Origin: an uncultured virus (IMG/VR IMGVR_UViG_3300043037_000115)
Lineage: Duplodnaviria; Heunggongvirae; Uroviricota; Caudoviricetes
Length of the DNA: 64,000 nucleotides
IMG/VR virus record: IMGVR_UViG_3300043037_000115
Direction: 5' to 3' (one strand)
The first letter of the stretch is position 1; every line of letters begins with the position of its first letter. Made by a program: the position numbers and the translations under genes. The notes beneath the pieces were generated by a model that was not told the DNA's origin, ran no database searches, and saw only the letters and a program-made list of their open reading frames with translations. This document shows positions 28,514-37,800 of the stretch, in pieces.

Positions 28514-29172
28514 GGCTGTACCCAGTCAATCAGGCTGTTCAGCTGCACCTCCATAGCCCGGCAGCGGGCGCCGTAATCGCGGATGTTGGCCAGCAGGTCA
28601 GCCGGCGTTACTGTGCCGGTTCGCTGTGACGGGGGGGCAGCCTGTCCGGCCAGTATCCCGGTGTCAGCGGTGCCGGCGGCTCCGGACGCTGTATCAGTGA
28701 CGGGGGCGGTGCCGGCCGCTCCGGACAGGGAACCACCTCCGGAATCATGGGCAACGGCCCCGATGGCCTCGTTCCACAGCCGCACAAAATCAGGGCCAAG
28801 GCGGCAGTCAGTGCCGCTGGCTTCAAGGCGGACCACAACATCGCGTATTCTCCTGTCAAATTGCATTCGTTGACGGGCTATCTGCCGGCGTTTTTCGTCC
28901 AGTTGCGCGGACAATGCGTTGCCGCGTGACAGCTCTTTTTCATACTGCCGGTGCAGGGCCGCGTACGCCTGTGCATGCGCGCGGGCGCGCTGGGTTTGTT
29001 CCTGGGCATGGGCCAGACGCAGCAGCCCCATATCTCGCTCATATTCAGCCGCTGTCACACGGCATCCGGCGTGATAGCCCCCCACAAGCAGCGCTGCCGC
29101 GGCACAGGCGGCAGCCAGCGGCAGCCACCACCGGCCGAACAGCCCGGGCACAGACCAAAGGCTAAAAGGCAT
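28510..29172 (-). CDS. Inner-membrane spanin (Rz-like)
   Basis: N-terminal TM helix, coiled coil, FVRLWNEA motif; follows the endolysin. Confidence 0.8.
   Translation of the reverse strand: MPFSLWSVPGLFGRWWLPLAAACAAAALLVGGYHAGCRVTAAEYERDMGLLRLAHAQEQTQRARAHAQAYAALHRQYEKELSRGNALSAQLDEKRRQIARQRMQFDRRIRDVVVRLEASGTDCRLGPDFVRLWNEAIGAVAHDSGGGSLSGAAGTAPVTDTASGAAGTADTGILAGQAAPPSQRTGTVTPADLLANIRDYGARCRAMEVQLNSLIDWVQP
28608..28841 (-). CDS. Embedded outer-membrane spanin lipoprotein (Rz1-like)
   Basis: Lipobox LILCG-C, Pro-rich mature part, nested in Rz in another frame. Confidence 0.75.
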   Translation of the reverse strand: MLWSALKPAALTAALALILCGCGTRPSGPLPMIPEVVPCPERPAPPPSLIQRPEPPAPLTPGYWPDRLPPRHSEPAQ

Positions 29173-29860
29173 GGCAGCCTCCGGCAAAACTGCCTGCAGG
29201 CCAGCCCGCCGCTGAATACCGTGGCAAAAGCCGCTGCAGGATGCGTTGCGGGTACTGTCTGTTTTCACGGAATGCCGCAGCGCTGCGCCCTGCATTCACA
29301 ACCGCAACATCACGCCAGAGGCCGCTGTGCAGTCCTTTGGAAGCAGCAAGCCGCTGATCTTTGTAAACCCAGCCAAGGCCTCCGTTATAGGCAGAAAGAG
29401 TCATGGCCATTCGGTCGCACAAGGTGGCTGCTGTAACCCGCTTCCAAAGCCACAAATCGTACCCGACTAATGCACGGATGGCCCATGAAGGCGAAAACGG
29501 CGCAGGCTTTCCTGTATGAGGCAAAACCTCCGGCAGCCATCTGGCAGTGGCAGGCATAAACTGCGCCATGCCCTGTGCCCCGGCGTGTGATACGGCGTCG
29601 GCCCGCCACAGGCTTTCCTGGTGTATTTGCGCGGCGAAAACGGCCACCGGTGCATCAATACCCCACTGAGCGCGGGCCTCGCGTATCAGCGTGCGCTGAT
29701 GCTGCTTCGCCTCAGCGGGAATGTCGGAAGCGGCAAAGGCACATGTATACCAAAAGCATACAGCGGCAATTGCTCCCGTCATCAGACCGAAACCGACAAG
29801 CACCGACACAGCGCAGTACTTGCAAACGTCAAAAAGTGCAGTCAGCCATCCGCGCATCAC
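29162..29860 (-). CDS. Endolysin, SLT lytic transglycosylase
   Basis: QIHQES, GAQGMAQFMPAT, AYNGG motifs; N-terminal hydrophobic (SAR-like) segment. Confidence 0.92.
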   Translation of the reverse strand: MMRGWLTALFDVCKYCAVSVLVGFGLMTGAIAAVCFWYTCAFAASDIPAEAKQHQRTLIREARAQWGIDAPVAVFAAQIHQESLWRADAVSHAGAQGMAQFMPATARWLPEVLPHTGKPAPFSPSWAIRALVGYDLWLWKRVTAATLCDRMAMTLSAYNGGLGWVYKDQRLAASKGLHSGLWRDVAVVNAGRSAAAFRENRQYPQRILQRLLPRYSAAGWPAGSFAGGCHAF

Positions 29861-30213
29861 AGGCCCATCCCCACGGCCAGCATGGCCGCTCCCATGATAA
29901 TGGCCCGACGGATGTTGGCAGCAGCAAAGGGAATGCGGGTCAATCTGCTGGGCAACAACCTGAGCGGAGAGCGCAAGGTCTCTCCTTTGCCCACAGGTGT
30001 ACGGAACAGAAAAAAGTCAGGCCGCCCATAGGGAAAGGCCCACCGGTCAAGCCAGTAGCCTCCCACGCCGGCCACGGTGACCAGAGAAAATTTATACAGG
30101 ATAACAGGCAGCTGCTGAGGGGAAACCAGCGCGACAGCGGCCAGCAGAATCACGGCCAGCAGCAGACACCACCCCATGCGGGGCAGGCGCGGCGTAAATT
30201 GATGACGGGACAT
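29857..30213 (-). CDS. Putative holin
   Basis: 2-3 TM segments, GYWLDRWAFPYGRP motif, upstream of the endolysin. Confidence 0.8.
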   Translation of the reverse strand: MSRHQFTPRLPRMGWCLLLAVILLAAVALVSPQQLPVILYKFSLVTVAGVGGYWLDRWAFPYGRPDFFLFRTPVGKGETLRSPLRLLPSRLTRIPFAAANIRRAIIMGAAMLAVGMGL

Positions 30214-30265
30214 GGCGACCTCCGGAATATTGTATGTGGAGGCGCCGCAAAGAAAACGCCCCCGG

Positions 30266-30317
30266 TCGCCGCCAGTATGGCGGCGAACAGGGGGCAGGAC
30301 AGGTGGAAGGGGTTCAG
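30266..30317 (-). promoter_or_regulatory. Late (lysis) promoter
   Basis: Same 23-bp box on the - strand; CATACT inside TCGCCGCCA/TGGCGGCGA. Confidence 0.75.
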
Positions 30318-30351
30318 AAGGAGCTATCGCGGGAAAGGGTTAGCCATGCCG

Positions 30352-30564
30352 TCATACTCCATGCGTACTGACGGCATGAATCCAAAGGGCTACTGTACGT
30401 ATAATGAGAATGCCTACAGCAATGAATAGAATCGAGATTACAACTTGGCCGCGACTGGGGTTACGGATACGGCGCAGGGCACCTTCACGGCCAAATTTTA
30501 TCACAAAAAGCCCAGCTAATGTAACGAGGAAAGAAACGATTCCGATAAGGTAAAGAGTTGCCAT
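30352..30564 (-). CDS. Small two-TM membrane protein (moron-like)
   Basis: AGGAG RBS, two hydrophobic helices, lower GC. Confidence 0.6.
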   Translation of the reverse strand: MATLYLIGIVSFLVTLAGLFVIKFGREGALRRIRNPSRGQVVISILFIAVGILIIRTVALWIHAVSTHGV

Positions 30565-30573
30565 AGCATTCTC

Positions 30574-31026
30574 CTAAAAAAGGCTACCTTGCTGCAAAGC
30601 CGTGTTCTCAGCGGGTGCGTCTTCCGGCGTTTTCAAAATAATCCATATGCGTCTGTCAGAAAGCCTGTACTGCATAGCCAGTTCCATGACAACTTCCGCC
30701 CCACTGCGCCCTTTGGCGGTCTCTTGGTCAAACTGCTGTATGATGGCCCTGTCACGGGCGTTGCGCAACGCTTCTGTACAGCGCGGGATGTACAGCTTCA
30801 CCCCGCCGTAATGCTGACAGAGTTTCTGTGCTGCATCGTCGCCCACCGCATCGGACAAAGCCCAGAAGCGAACCTCGCCCGCTTTGGTGGCCCGCTTCGG
30901 TACGGGGAACGTGGTGCCACCCAGAGCCTCGACAAGCTTGATGGTCTTCGGCATCCCGATTATGGCGGCCAGCTCTCTGGCGGCATCGGGCAGTGTGTTG
31001 GCGGCAACAGTATGCAGCGTGTTCAT
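30574..31026 (-). CDS. mor: Mor/C-family transcription activator
   Basis: LGGTTFPVP, YGGVKLYIP, RDRAI, YRLSDRRIWIILK motifs. Confidence 0.88.
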   Translation of the reverse strand: MNTLHTVAANTLPDAARELAAIIGMPKTIKLVEALGGTTFPVPKRATKAGEVRFWALSDAVGDDAAQKLCQHYGGVKLYIPRCTEALRNARDRAIIQQFDQETAKGRSGAEVVMELAMQYRLSDRRIWIILKTPEDAPAENTALQQGSLF

Positions 31027-31430
31027 TCCATGCCCCCGTTGCGGCGCGCATTTTTTACCAGCGCAACCAGAATGCCACGCAGCATCTCCGGGGTACACCA
31101 TTCCAGCTTATCCACGCCGTACATATGACGGGCTATGGCCTCAGCATATGCCCACGGGCGGCGTTCTTCGGCCAGCAGGGCTTCCACTTTGGCCAGCAAC
31201 CTCTGGCAGTCCGGATTGACTACCGGCTTTTTACCGGCTTTTTTGGGTGGTGAGGGTTTCCAGCCTTTGGCCTTCATATCAGACAGTACCCGGCCGATTT
31301 CTCCGGCACTCATGGCGGCGGCGCTATGTTTGCCAGTTACGCGGTACAGCAGGGCACGATAAACATCATCGGTCAGCGCCATGTCTTTTTTGGCAATATG
31401 CAGCTTTGCCAGCATAATTTTTCTATTCAT
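31023..31430 (-). CDS. gemA: GemA/gp16-like (DUF1018)
   Basis: KLHIAKKDMALTDDVYRALL..TGKHS motif. Confidence 0.85.
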   Translation of the reverse strand: MNRKIMLAKLHIAKKDMALTDDVYRALLYRVTGKHSAAAMSAGEIGRVLSDMKAKGWKPSPPKKAGKKPVVNPDCQRLLAKVEALLAEERRPWAYAEAIARHMYGVDKLEWCTPEMLRGILVALVKNARRNGGME

Positions 31431-31998
31431 GGGGTACCCCCTTTCTGTCTGCCTGATGCGTGGCGATTACTGTATGCAGCGCGTCAACACATACCGCGGC
31501 CATCCGTTCTGCGGACTCGGGCTTATTACGGTCACGAAAAAACATAGCCACCAGCCTGTCGTGCCGCATATCGCGGATAGCCGGGATACATGCGTTGGTT
31601 GTCACCAGTTCAAATCGCCGGGGCTGTTCCGACGTCCCGATAGGCAGGCATGTTTTCTGGGTGCTAGCCGTGGGCTGCATGTGGCGCACCGGCAGGCCCA
31701 TATCTGCGGCCATCTGTATTTCCGCCTGCACACCGGTGGAATCTTCCCATCCGGGCATGCATACAATATGCAGTTCTTCCGCCCAGCCACGCAAAAAAGA
31801 CAGACAATGGTCCTTCCAGTAGCTCCAATCGCCCGGCACACGTCCCAATATGCCGATGGGGTGCCCATGTGTTATGGGCGAATAGACAATATGTCCTCTC
31901 GCCATCAGCGCGGCGGCCGCCATTGTGGCAGCCTCAAAGCGCTCCCGGCGCCTGGCGGCCAGACGGTGCGTGTACGGGCAGGCAAGGTAGATGCGCAT
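31423..31998 (-). CDS. DUF1937 / nucleoside deoxyribosyltransferase-like protein
   Basis: IYLACPY, VYSPITH, GWEDSTGVQAEI motifs. Confidence 0.75.
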   Translation of the reverse strand: MRIYLACPYTHRLAARRRERFEAATMAAAALMARGHIVYSPITHGHPIGILGRVPGDWSYWKDHCLSFLRGWAEELHIVCMPGWEDSTGVQAEIQMAADMGLPVRHMQPTASTQKTCLPIGTSEQPRRFELVTTNACIPAIRDMRHDRLVAMFFRDRNKPESAERMAAVCVDALHTVIATHQADRKGVPHE

Positions 31999-32010
31999 AT
32001 GTGCTCCCTG

Positions 32011-32202
32011 TCAGCTGCGGGGTGAATCCAGCAGCAACATCATGCCGCAGGCGTCATATTCCAAATCAAAAATCAGTGGTTTGCCGCGGTATACGCACGG
32101 ATGCCAACGGCCATCGACGTAGCGCTCAATGACAAACACAGGGCAGATCCGGACGGTATCAAGCCACTGTGCCACACGATAGTTCCCCAACTTACGAGCC
32201 AT
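32011..32202 (-). CDS. Hypothetical early protein
   Basis: AAGGA RBS; in the early operon. Confidence 0.45.
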   Translation of the reverse strand: MARKLGNYRVAQWLDTVRICPVFVIERYVDGRWHPCVYRGKPLIFDLEYDACGMMLLLDSPRS

Positions 32203-32277
32203 AACTTTCCTTTTGGCTGCTCATCAGGCCGGAGCCGCCACGCCCCGGCGACCGCCACACGGGCGGTTTCGCTTCAA

Positions 32278-32571
32278 TTACATTACGGTAGGATGCGGCG
32301 GAAAAATCTGTGGACCGCCTGCGCTGCCCCCGTCTGCAGCTCCGCATTTCCGGGCCATTTCACTCACCTCTTTTTTTAAGAGCAAAAGCGCCTGACTGAA
32401 TTTTGTGTCCGACGGCCCTACCTGCCCGACGCCCCCCGTCGCCACTCCGGCTACGCTATCCCCGAAGCCTGCAACGCTGAAAACACAATACGAGGTGTCT
32501 TCCGGCAGCCGCGATTCAAGAGCCTGTGCTATTGCCTGTATTATCCGTGCCTTATTCTTATTGCTGGCCAT
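32278..32571 (-). CDS. Hypothetical early protein
   Basis: GGAGG before MASNK; operon packing. Confidence 0.5.
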   Translation of the reverse strand: MASNKNKARIIQAIAQALESRLPEDTSYCVFSVAGFGDSVAGVATGGVGQVGPSDTKFSQALLLLKKEVSEMARKCGAADGGSAGGPQIFPPHPTVM

Positions 32572-33094
32572 ACAGCCCTCCACCTTGCGACAAGCTGCTG
32601 CGCAAACGGAAAAGTACCTCTCCCTGCACGGTGCGATAGTTGATCCGTGCGGCCTCCTGCAACGCCACGAGCAAATCTGTATCGCGGTCATCAGAAAACA
32701 ACTGCTCAACGCCGTACGTGGCCTCTGATTTTACCGCCGCAGGTTTTACCGCCGCAGATTCCATCCGTTCCCGCTTCAGCACCCGCTGATAGCAGGCTCC
32801 GCACATGCCGCGCCCCGTAATTGGCTTCTCCTTGTTGCACGCCTTGCAAACGGCTTTCTTCTTCGCCATATCAACCTCCCGGGCAGCAGGGGCTACCCCT
32901 TCTAACTGTACCGGAGCCACCTCTTTGCCCCATGCTTTCCAATCCGTGCAGTCCCGGCATTGTCGCGGCCGCACAACGGGGTAGCCCCTCGTGGTCATCT
33001 GGGGGGTATCGTTCCGCGATCTGTTGCTCTCGCAGTGCGCCAGTGTAATGCGGGCATGTAGCCGCGTGCAGGGGTAAAGAGGTGCATGTGCCAT
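32558..33094 (-). CDS. Cys-rich hypothetical early protein
   Basis: Several CxxC pairs; AGGAG RBS. Confidence 0.6.
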   Translation of the reverse strand: MAHAPLYPCTRLHARITLAHCESNRSRNDTPQMTTRGYPVVRPRQCRDCTDWKAWGKEVAPVQLEGVAPAAREVDMAKKKAVCKACNKEKPITGRGMCGACYQRVLKRERMESAAVKPAAVKSEATYGVEQLFSDDRDTDLLVALQEAARINYRTVQGEVLFRLRSSLSQGGGLYGQQ

Positions 33095-33103
33095 ATGCCG
33101 CTC

Positions 33104-33706
33104 CTACAATGCCGCCATATCCAAGGGCAGAGGCTTGTAAGCGCCATCGCCGGTGCGCTCATACGCGCGGAAATACGCCTTGGTGCCCGTAACGGTCAGC
33201 CCGTCGGAGATGGCCTCCATGGCGCGGTGCCAACGGTCATCGTCCATTTTCAAACGCCGCAGGCCCAATATGCGACCGGTATTGATGCGTCCCTCTTTAT
33301 CCACCTGAAACGCATCATTAACGAGAGCCTGAAGTTTGGTATCGGCCCCTTCGGCCCACTCCCGTATGCATTCGTCAATCAGCGCCTTGGCGGCCTGCAG
33401 GCGTTCGTCAAAGGCCAGATGTTCGCTGATCTGCCGCTTCAGCTGATACCTGCCGTCAAAGCTTTGCAGGGTCACGTTGCCTTTCTTGCCACCGATTTTC
33501 GCGCCGTACTCATCGGCAGCCATGCTGACAAAAGCCTCAATATCGCCCATAATTTCAGCCTTGAGTGTCCGCAGGGCGGCCTGCATTTCCAAGACTTTAC
33601 CCACCTTTTCCATCACCAGTTCGTGACGGGCCATATCAATGGGCTTGACCTGCTCAACAGGGATCAGGTGACCTTGTGCATTTTCCATGTAATTTTCGTG
33701 GTTCAT
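33104..33706 (-). CDS. DUF3164-like early protein
   Basis: GGKKGNVTLQSFDG and FDERLQAAKALIDEC motifs. Confidence 0.85.
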   Translation of the reverse strand: MNHENYMENAQGHLIPVEQVKPIDMARHELVMEKVGKVLEMQAALRTLKAEIMGDIEAFVSMAADEYGAKIGGKKGNVTLQSFDGRYQLKRQISEHLAFDERLQAAKALIDECIREWAEGADTKLQALVNDAFQVDKEGRINTGRILGLRRLKMDDDRWHRAMEAISDGLTVTGTKAYFRAYERTGDGAYKPLPLDMAAL

Positions 33707-33715
33707 TGCATGCTC

Positions 33716-33931
33716 CTATGCGTCTCCCGCTGCCAGCGGCATGCGGGTTTCAAGTCCTTTAACTGCGTCGGAAAGACGTATAATCACGTTCAACTGGCGG
33801 GTTACGCCCTCAATATCTCCTCGCTGCAGCAGCACTTTGGCTTCAATGGCGCCGCGTTCCAGCTCCTCGGAAATGAACCCGCGCAGGGATTCAGCCTCTC
33901 CGGTCGTGTCTCGGGTAACAATGCTGTTCAT
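33716..33931 (-). CDS. Hypothetical early protein
   Basis: GGAGG before MNSIV. Confidence 0.55.
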   Translation of the reverse strand: MNSIVTRDTTGEAESLRGFISEELERGAIEAKVLLQRGDIEGVTRQLNVIIRLSDAVKGLETRMPLAAGDA

Positions 33932-34239
33932 GCTTTCCTCCTGTGGGAACATTCCTGACAGGCCCGCCAATGACGTAGTGCTGTCGGGCTTGATGTTGGC
34001 ATCCGGCCACTGTGGTCTGCGCATTCGTCAGCCGATATTTCTCTGCCCAGATAAGGACATTCAGTGCGCAGAAATGTTTTGATTATCCGTTCTGCCATTT
34101 TATCCGTTTTGCCCGGATACTTGCCGGCCAGCAGCAGGCTGACTGAAGTGCGGGACACGCCAAGCTCTCTGGCGATCTGGGCAATGCTCCGGCCGTGCTG
34201 TGCGTTACGCAGCAGAGTCATCCAGTGGCTGCTGTTCAT
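33928..34239 (-). CDS. HTH protein with C-terminal Cys cluster
   Basis: SIAQIARELGVSRTSVSLL..GKY; CPYL..C..WRACQEC. Confidence 0.8.
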   Translation of the reverse strand: MNSSHWMTLLRNAQHGRSIAQIARELGVSRTSVSLLLAGKYPGKTDKMAERIIKTFLRTECPYLGREISADECADHSGRMPTSSPTALRHWRACQECSHRRKA

Positions 34240-34817
34240 TTCCCGTCTCCTGCCTCCAACTCTTTGCGGGTGGGGATGTATACGACCTCACCGGTATTCA
34301 CATCGGTAACTATGCGGGTCTGCTTGTTAAACGAAGGAGCCTGCGGGCCTGTATAGCGTTCACGCCGCATCCGGTATCGTTGCTGCTGATTTTTGGTTCG
34401 CTTTGGCATTGCCAGCAGGTAGCCTGCCAGCCAGAGCGCCCGCACATAATCGCCAAGGTTACGCTCGGCATACCGTTCTGAGCCGTCGCACAACATGGTT
34501 TGCAGATCGGAAACACTGAATACCTCCAGCATCTGCATGGCCCGCCATGCCTTGGCCCTCAGGGTTCCGTGTGACCGGCTCTGTGCGTTTCCCGCTCTGG
34601 GGCCGGAAAAAAAACGCTGGCCGCTTTTCAGAGCGTACAGGCCCTCGGGGGTTATTTCATGCACCCCCTCAAGAGAATTAACCAAACCACGGCTCTGTAA
34701 GCTCTTGCAGGCTCTGCGCACCTGCTCGCGGTTCAGGCCGAAGTGCGTGGCGATCTGCCGCGTCAGCTGCGGACCTGCAGAAAGCAGCGTTAAAATGTCT
34801 TTCCCGCGCCACGCCAT
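34236..34817 (-). CDS. Winged-helix DNA-binding protein downstream of B
   Basis: Tandem wHTH-like segments; TGPQAP motif. Confidence 0.7.
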   Translation of the reverse strand: MAWRGKDILTLLSAGPQLTRQIATHFGLNREQVRRACKSLQSRGLVNSLEGVHEITPEGLYALKSGQRFFSGPRAGNAQSRSHGTLRAKAWRAMQMLEVFSVSDLQTMLCDGSERYAERNLGDYVRALWLAGYLLAMPKRTKNQQQRYRMRRERYTGPQAPSFNKQTRIVTDVNTGEVVYIPTRKELEAGDGK

Positions 34818-35606
34818 TTAACGGCCCTCCGCTGCGGCGGTCCGTGAGCCTCCGGAGCGCTTTCTGCCGGGGGCACTTTCCTTAACCATGCGCGGAGCAC
34901 GCATCTGCCAGTCGTATGAAAGAGGCATGCCGGCAATGTCTGCTATTTCCACCGTGGAAATTTCGTTAACCTTGGCAATGCGTTCAATGGCGGCGATAAT
35001 GTTCAGCACCTCACGCATTCTGCCGCAGCTGAGCCGGTGCACCTCTGCTATTACGCTCTGGGCCAGCTCCACTTCAGCAAGCTGCCGGCATGCGTGCGAT
35101 ACGTCCGCCAGCGTCGCCGGCTTAAACTCCACAACCTGAGCAATGCGGCTGTTAATCTGTTTGTGTCGGCCAATGTTCTGCTGGATGCGCTCCATCCCGA
35201 TCAGAACCACAGTCACCTCGGCTCGGTCGGAAAGGTCACGTATTTTTTCCAGCACAGCCGCGTTCTTGTGTAGAGTGAACTCCGCTTCATCGATGACGAG
35301 CGGCGCCTGTGTTTCCACGATGTGCTCAAGCAGGCGACCAAAAAGCTGCTGCGCTGTACCGCGCATGTCCACACGCAGCTCCTTTGCCAGCTCGGTGAGG
35401 AAGTATTTCGGAGTCCAGTCCACATTAGCCCGCAAAAATACGGCACCATTTTCAATGGCCCAGTGTGAGACAGTATGACTTTTGCCGTAGCCCGGTGCGC
35501 CATGCACCAGCATCATTCCGGCTTCTGCCGCGCCTCGCTGTTCCACCGCCGAAATACCGGCAGTAAAGCGGGTATAGTTTTCTGTTTGTACAAACTGTTT
35601 CAGCAT
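34818..35606 (-). CDS. Transposition ATPase (MuB-like AAA+)
   Basis: GAPGYGKS Walker A, LVIDEAE Walker B, VVLIGM. Confidence 0.93.
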   Translation of the reverse strand: MLKQFVQTENYTRFTAGISAVEQRGAAEAGMMLVHGAPGYGKSHTVSHWAIENGAVFLRANVDWTPKYFLTELAKELRVDMRGTAQQLFGRLLEHIVETQAPLVIDEAEFTLHKNAAVLEKIRDLSDRAEVTVVLIGMERIQQNIGRHKQINSRIAQVVEFKPATLADVSHACRQLAEVELAQSVIAEVHRLSCGRMREVLNIIAAIERIAKVNEISTVEIADIAGMPLSYDWQMRAPRMVKESAPGRKRSGGSRTAAAEGR

Positions 35607-35621
35607 CAGTTGCTCCTGTTG

Positions 35622-37766
35622 TTAACGGGGATTTCCGGCGGCAGGCTCTGCCCAGTGCGGCCAGGCGATACCTTCATATTCGTACCGGTCATGGCTGGCG
35701 GCGTATTCCGCGCTCTCCACATAGTCCATCAGCCATGGTTCATCATTGGTTTCCCAGCGGTCTTTGTTACGCATCAGCCATTCATAGCGTTCATACGCAT
35801 GCATAAAGCGCGGTCGCTTTTGCACAACATGCAGGGTAATCGGGGGGTCTTCTGCGGAACATGCAGCTTTGACTGGTTCAGGGCGCTGCAGTGAGTCGGC
35901 CAGCAGGTCGATGGTTACTGGATGCTGTGCCTCAGGCAGTGCCAGCGTTGCAGCGGGGTCAATTGCCTGAGCCTTGCGCTCAAGCCGCCTGAGCTGCTGC
36001 TGTGCTCTGCGTTCGCGGGCGGCTTCAATACGCGATTGCTGAAAGTAGGGCGTGCTGTTTCCGTCCAGTAGCGCGTCGCATATTTTCCGGCCATCCATCG
36101 TCCATATGTAAACCCGTGAAGCATCCCACACATCGTATCGCACCATGACTGCGTCGCCATGGTATGGCGCAAGCTCTTCCGAGTAGTAGGTTCCGCCGTA
36201 GAAGGTGACTTCGCCCCTGCGAGTGAAACGCCGCTCCGCGGGCATAAACAGCTCATCCTTCATATCTTCGGGCACGCGCACCGGTTCAAAGCCGTTTTGC
36301 ACGTGGTGTTCCCAGCACTCGTCAGGCGACATATGTCTCCGGCGGCCTGTTTCATCTGTTATTTTAGGCAGCGCACGGTGCGGTGTGGCGTTATATTCCA
36401 CAACACGTTCAAGCATCAGCTCCTTAAAGTCTTCCCAGCTGGGCAAAAACGCTGTCTGCACCTTACGCTTCAAGGCTTCTCTGGTGATTTTGTACACCTT
36501 CTTCGCTGCGTCCTTGTCCATGTCACTATGCGTGCATGACGGCAGGCGTTTGGCCACAGGCTCGCAGATGGTGCCCACAGCCCGTTCCATCAGCCCTTTG
36601 CCCTGCGGGCGACCGGGTAAGGATGCAGCCCGCTCAATACCCAGTCGGGTAAGAATGCCCGTCCCCTCGGTCGACAGTTGCAGATTGTCGTAACCGGGGC
36701 CGTTGTCGGCATAAAACATGGCAGGGATGCCACCGAACATGCACGCCATGCGCAACGCATCAAGTACGCTCTGCATGTTTTCAGACATGCTCAGCGAAAT
36801 ACCAACGCACCGCCTCGTGGCGACATCCAGCACCAGGGTAACTTCCGGCTTGAATGGTCGGCCGTTCAGTGGATTGCGCACCTCTGCATCAAAAGTAGTT
36901 CCGTCGGCTGTGTAGCAATCTGTGGGCAGCATATGCGTTGTTGAACGCCGCTTGCATGGAGCCATGGAAAGCAGGGCATTGCCCGTTTTCCGGCCCCGTG
37001 AAAGCTCCGGCAGTGCCACTTTTTTGGCCCAGCGGCGCACTGCGTCCAGAGAGGGCGCCTTACCGGTCAGCTTGCCGCTTTCATACGCGGCAAGCAGGTC
37101 TTTATGAGCCTGCACCATAGATGGCTTTTGCGGTTGCTGAAAAAAGCTCAAAAAAAGCGGTGCCCAGTCCGGTACGGTATAGTCCGGCTGCCGGTGCTTA
37201 GGTGCCAGAGCTTCCTCGCCGCCGCGTTCATAATCGCTGCACCACGCATACAGCCTGCGGCGTGAAATGCCGCGCTTTGCCTTACCGTTGCCGGTCTTGT
37301 CATTGGCTACGGAAACCAGCTGTTGCAGATGCAAAGCAAGGCTGCCATCTGCCGCTGCGCTGACAAGGCTCTGTATGGCCGCTTCTTTTCCTACAACGCC
37401 CATCAGCCGATGAACTTCACGCACAAAGGCCAGTCTGGCAGTTGCGACTTCGCGCTGCCGTTTGCTTAAGCCCGAAAGATTGCCAAGGCGTGAGGCAATG
37501 CCCGCCCGGCGCCCGGTTCCGGCAGCATCCGGCACAGCTGGCACTCTGCCGGAATCAGGGTCTTGCATACGCAGCAGGCCGGCAGCTATGGCCCGACGAG
37601 TGGCCTTTGGCATAGATTCCACCAGCCACTCGTTGCCACCCCCGCGCCCTTTACGAGGCCGGGACTGCCAGCCTTCGCTTTTGGCACGACGATTTAAAGA
37701 GCGGATTTGCTGATTAAGCACTTCTGCTACTTCTTTAGTAGTGTATGCGTCCTTGTACATCGTCAT
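35622..37766 (-). CDS. DDE transposase (MuA-like)
   Basis: ADGTTFD, YADNGPGY, KGLMER motifs; N-terminal KGRGGG..W Mu DNA-binding motif. Confidence 0.95.
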   Translation of the reverse strand: MTMYKDAYTTKEVAEVLNQQIRSLNRRAKSEGWQSRPRKGRGGGNEWLVESMPKATRRAIAAGLLRMQDPDSGRVPAVPDAAGTGRRAGIASRLGNLSGLSKRQREVATARLAFVREVHRLMGVVGKEAAIQSLVSAAADGSLALHLQQLVSVANDKTGNGKAKRGISRRRLYAWCSDYERGGEEALAPKHRQPDYTVPDWAPLFLSFFQQPQKPSMVQAHKDLLAAYESGKLTGKAPSLDAVRRWAKKVALPELSRGRKTGNALLSMAPCKRRSTTHMLPTDCYTADGTTFDAEVRNPLNGRPFKPEVTLVLDVATRRCVGISLSMSENMQSVLDALRMACMFGGIPAMFYADNGPGYDNLQLSTEGTGILTRLGIERAASLPGRPQGKGLMERAVGTICEPVAKRLPSCTHSDMDKDAAKKVYKITREALKRKVQTAFLPSWEDFKELMLERVVEYNATPHRALPKITDETGRRRHMSPDECWEHHVQNGFEPVRVPEDMKDELFMPAERRFTRRGEVTFYGGTYYSEELAPYHGDAVMVRYDVWDASRVYIWTMDGRKICDALLDGNSTPYFQQSRIEAARERRAQQQLRRLERKAQAIDPAATLALPEAQHPVTIDLLADSLQRPEPVKAACSAEDPPITLHVVQKRPRFMHAYERYEWLMRNKDRWETNDEPWLMDYVESAEYAASHDRYEYEGIAWPHWAEPAAGNPR

Positions 37767-37800
37767 AAATACTCTCGCGTTGTGATTCCGGCCCTGACTG

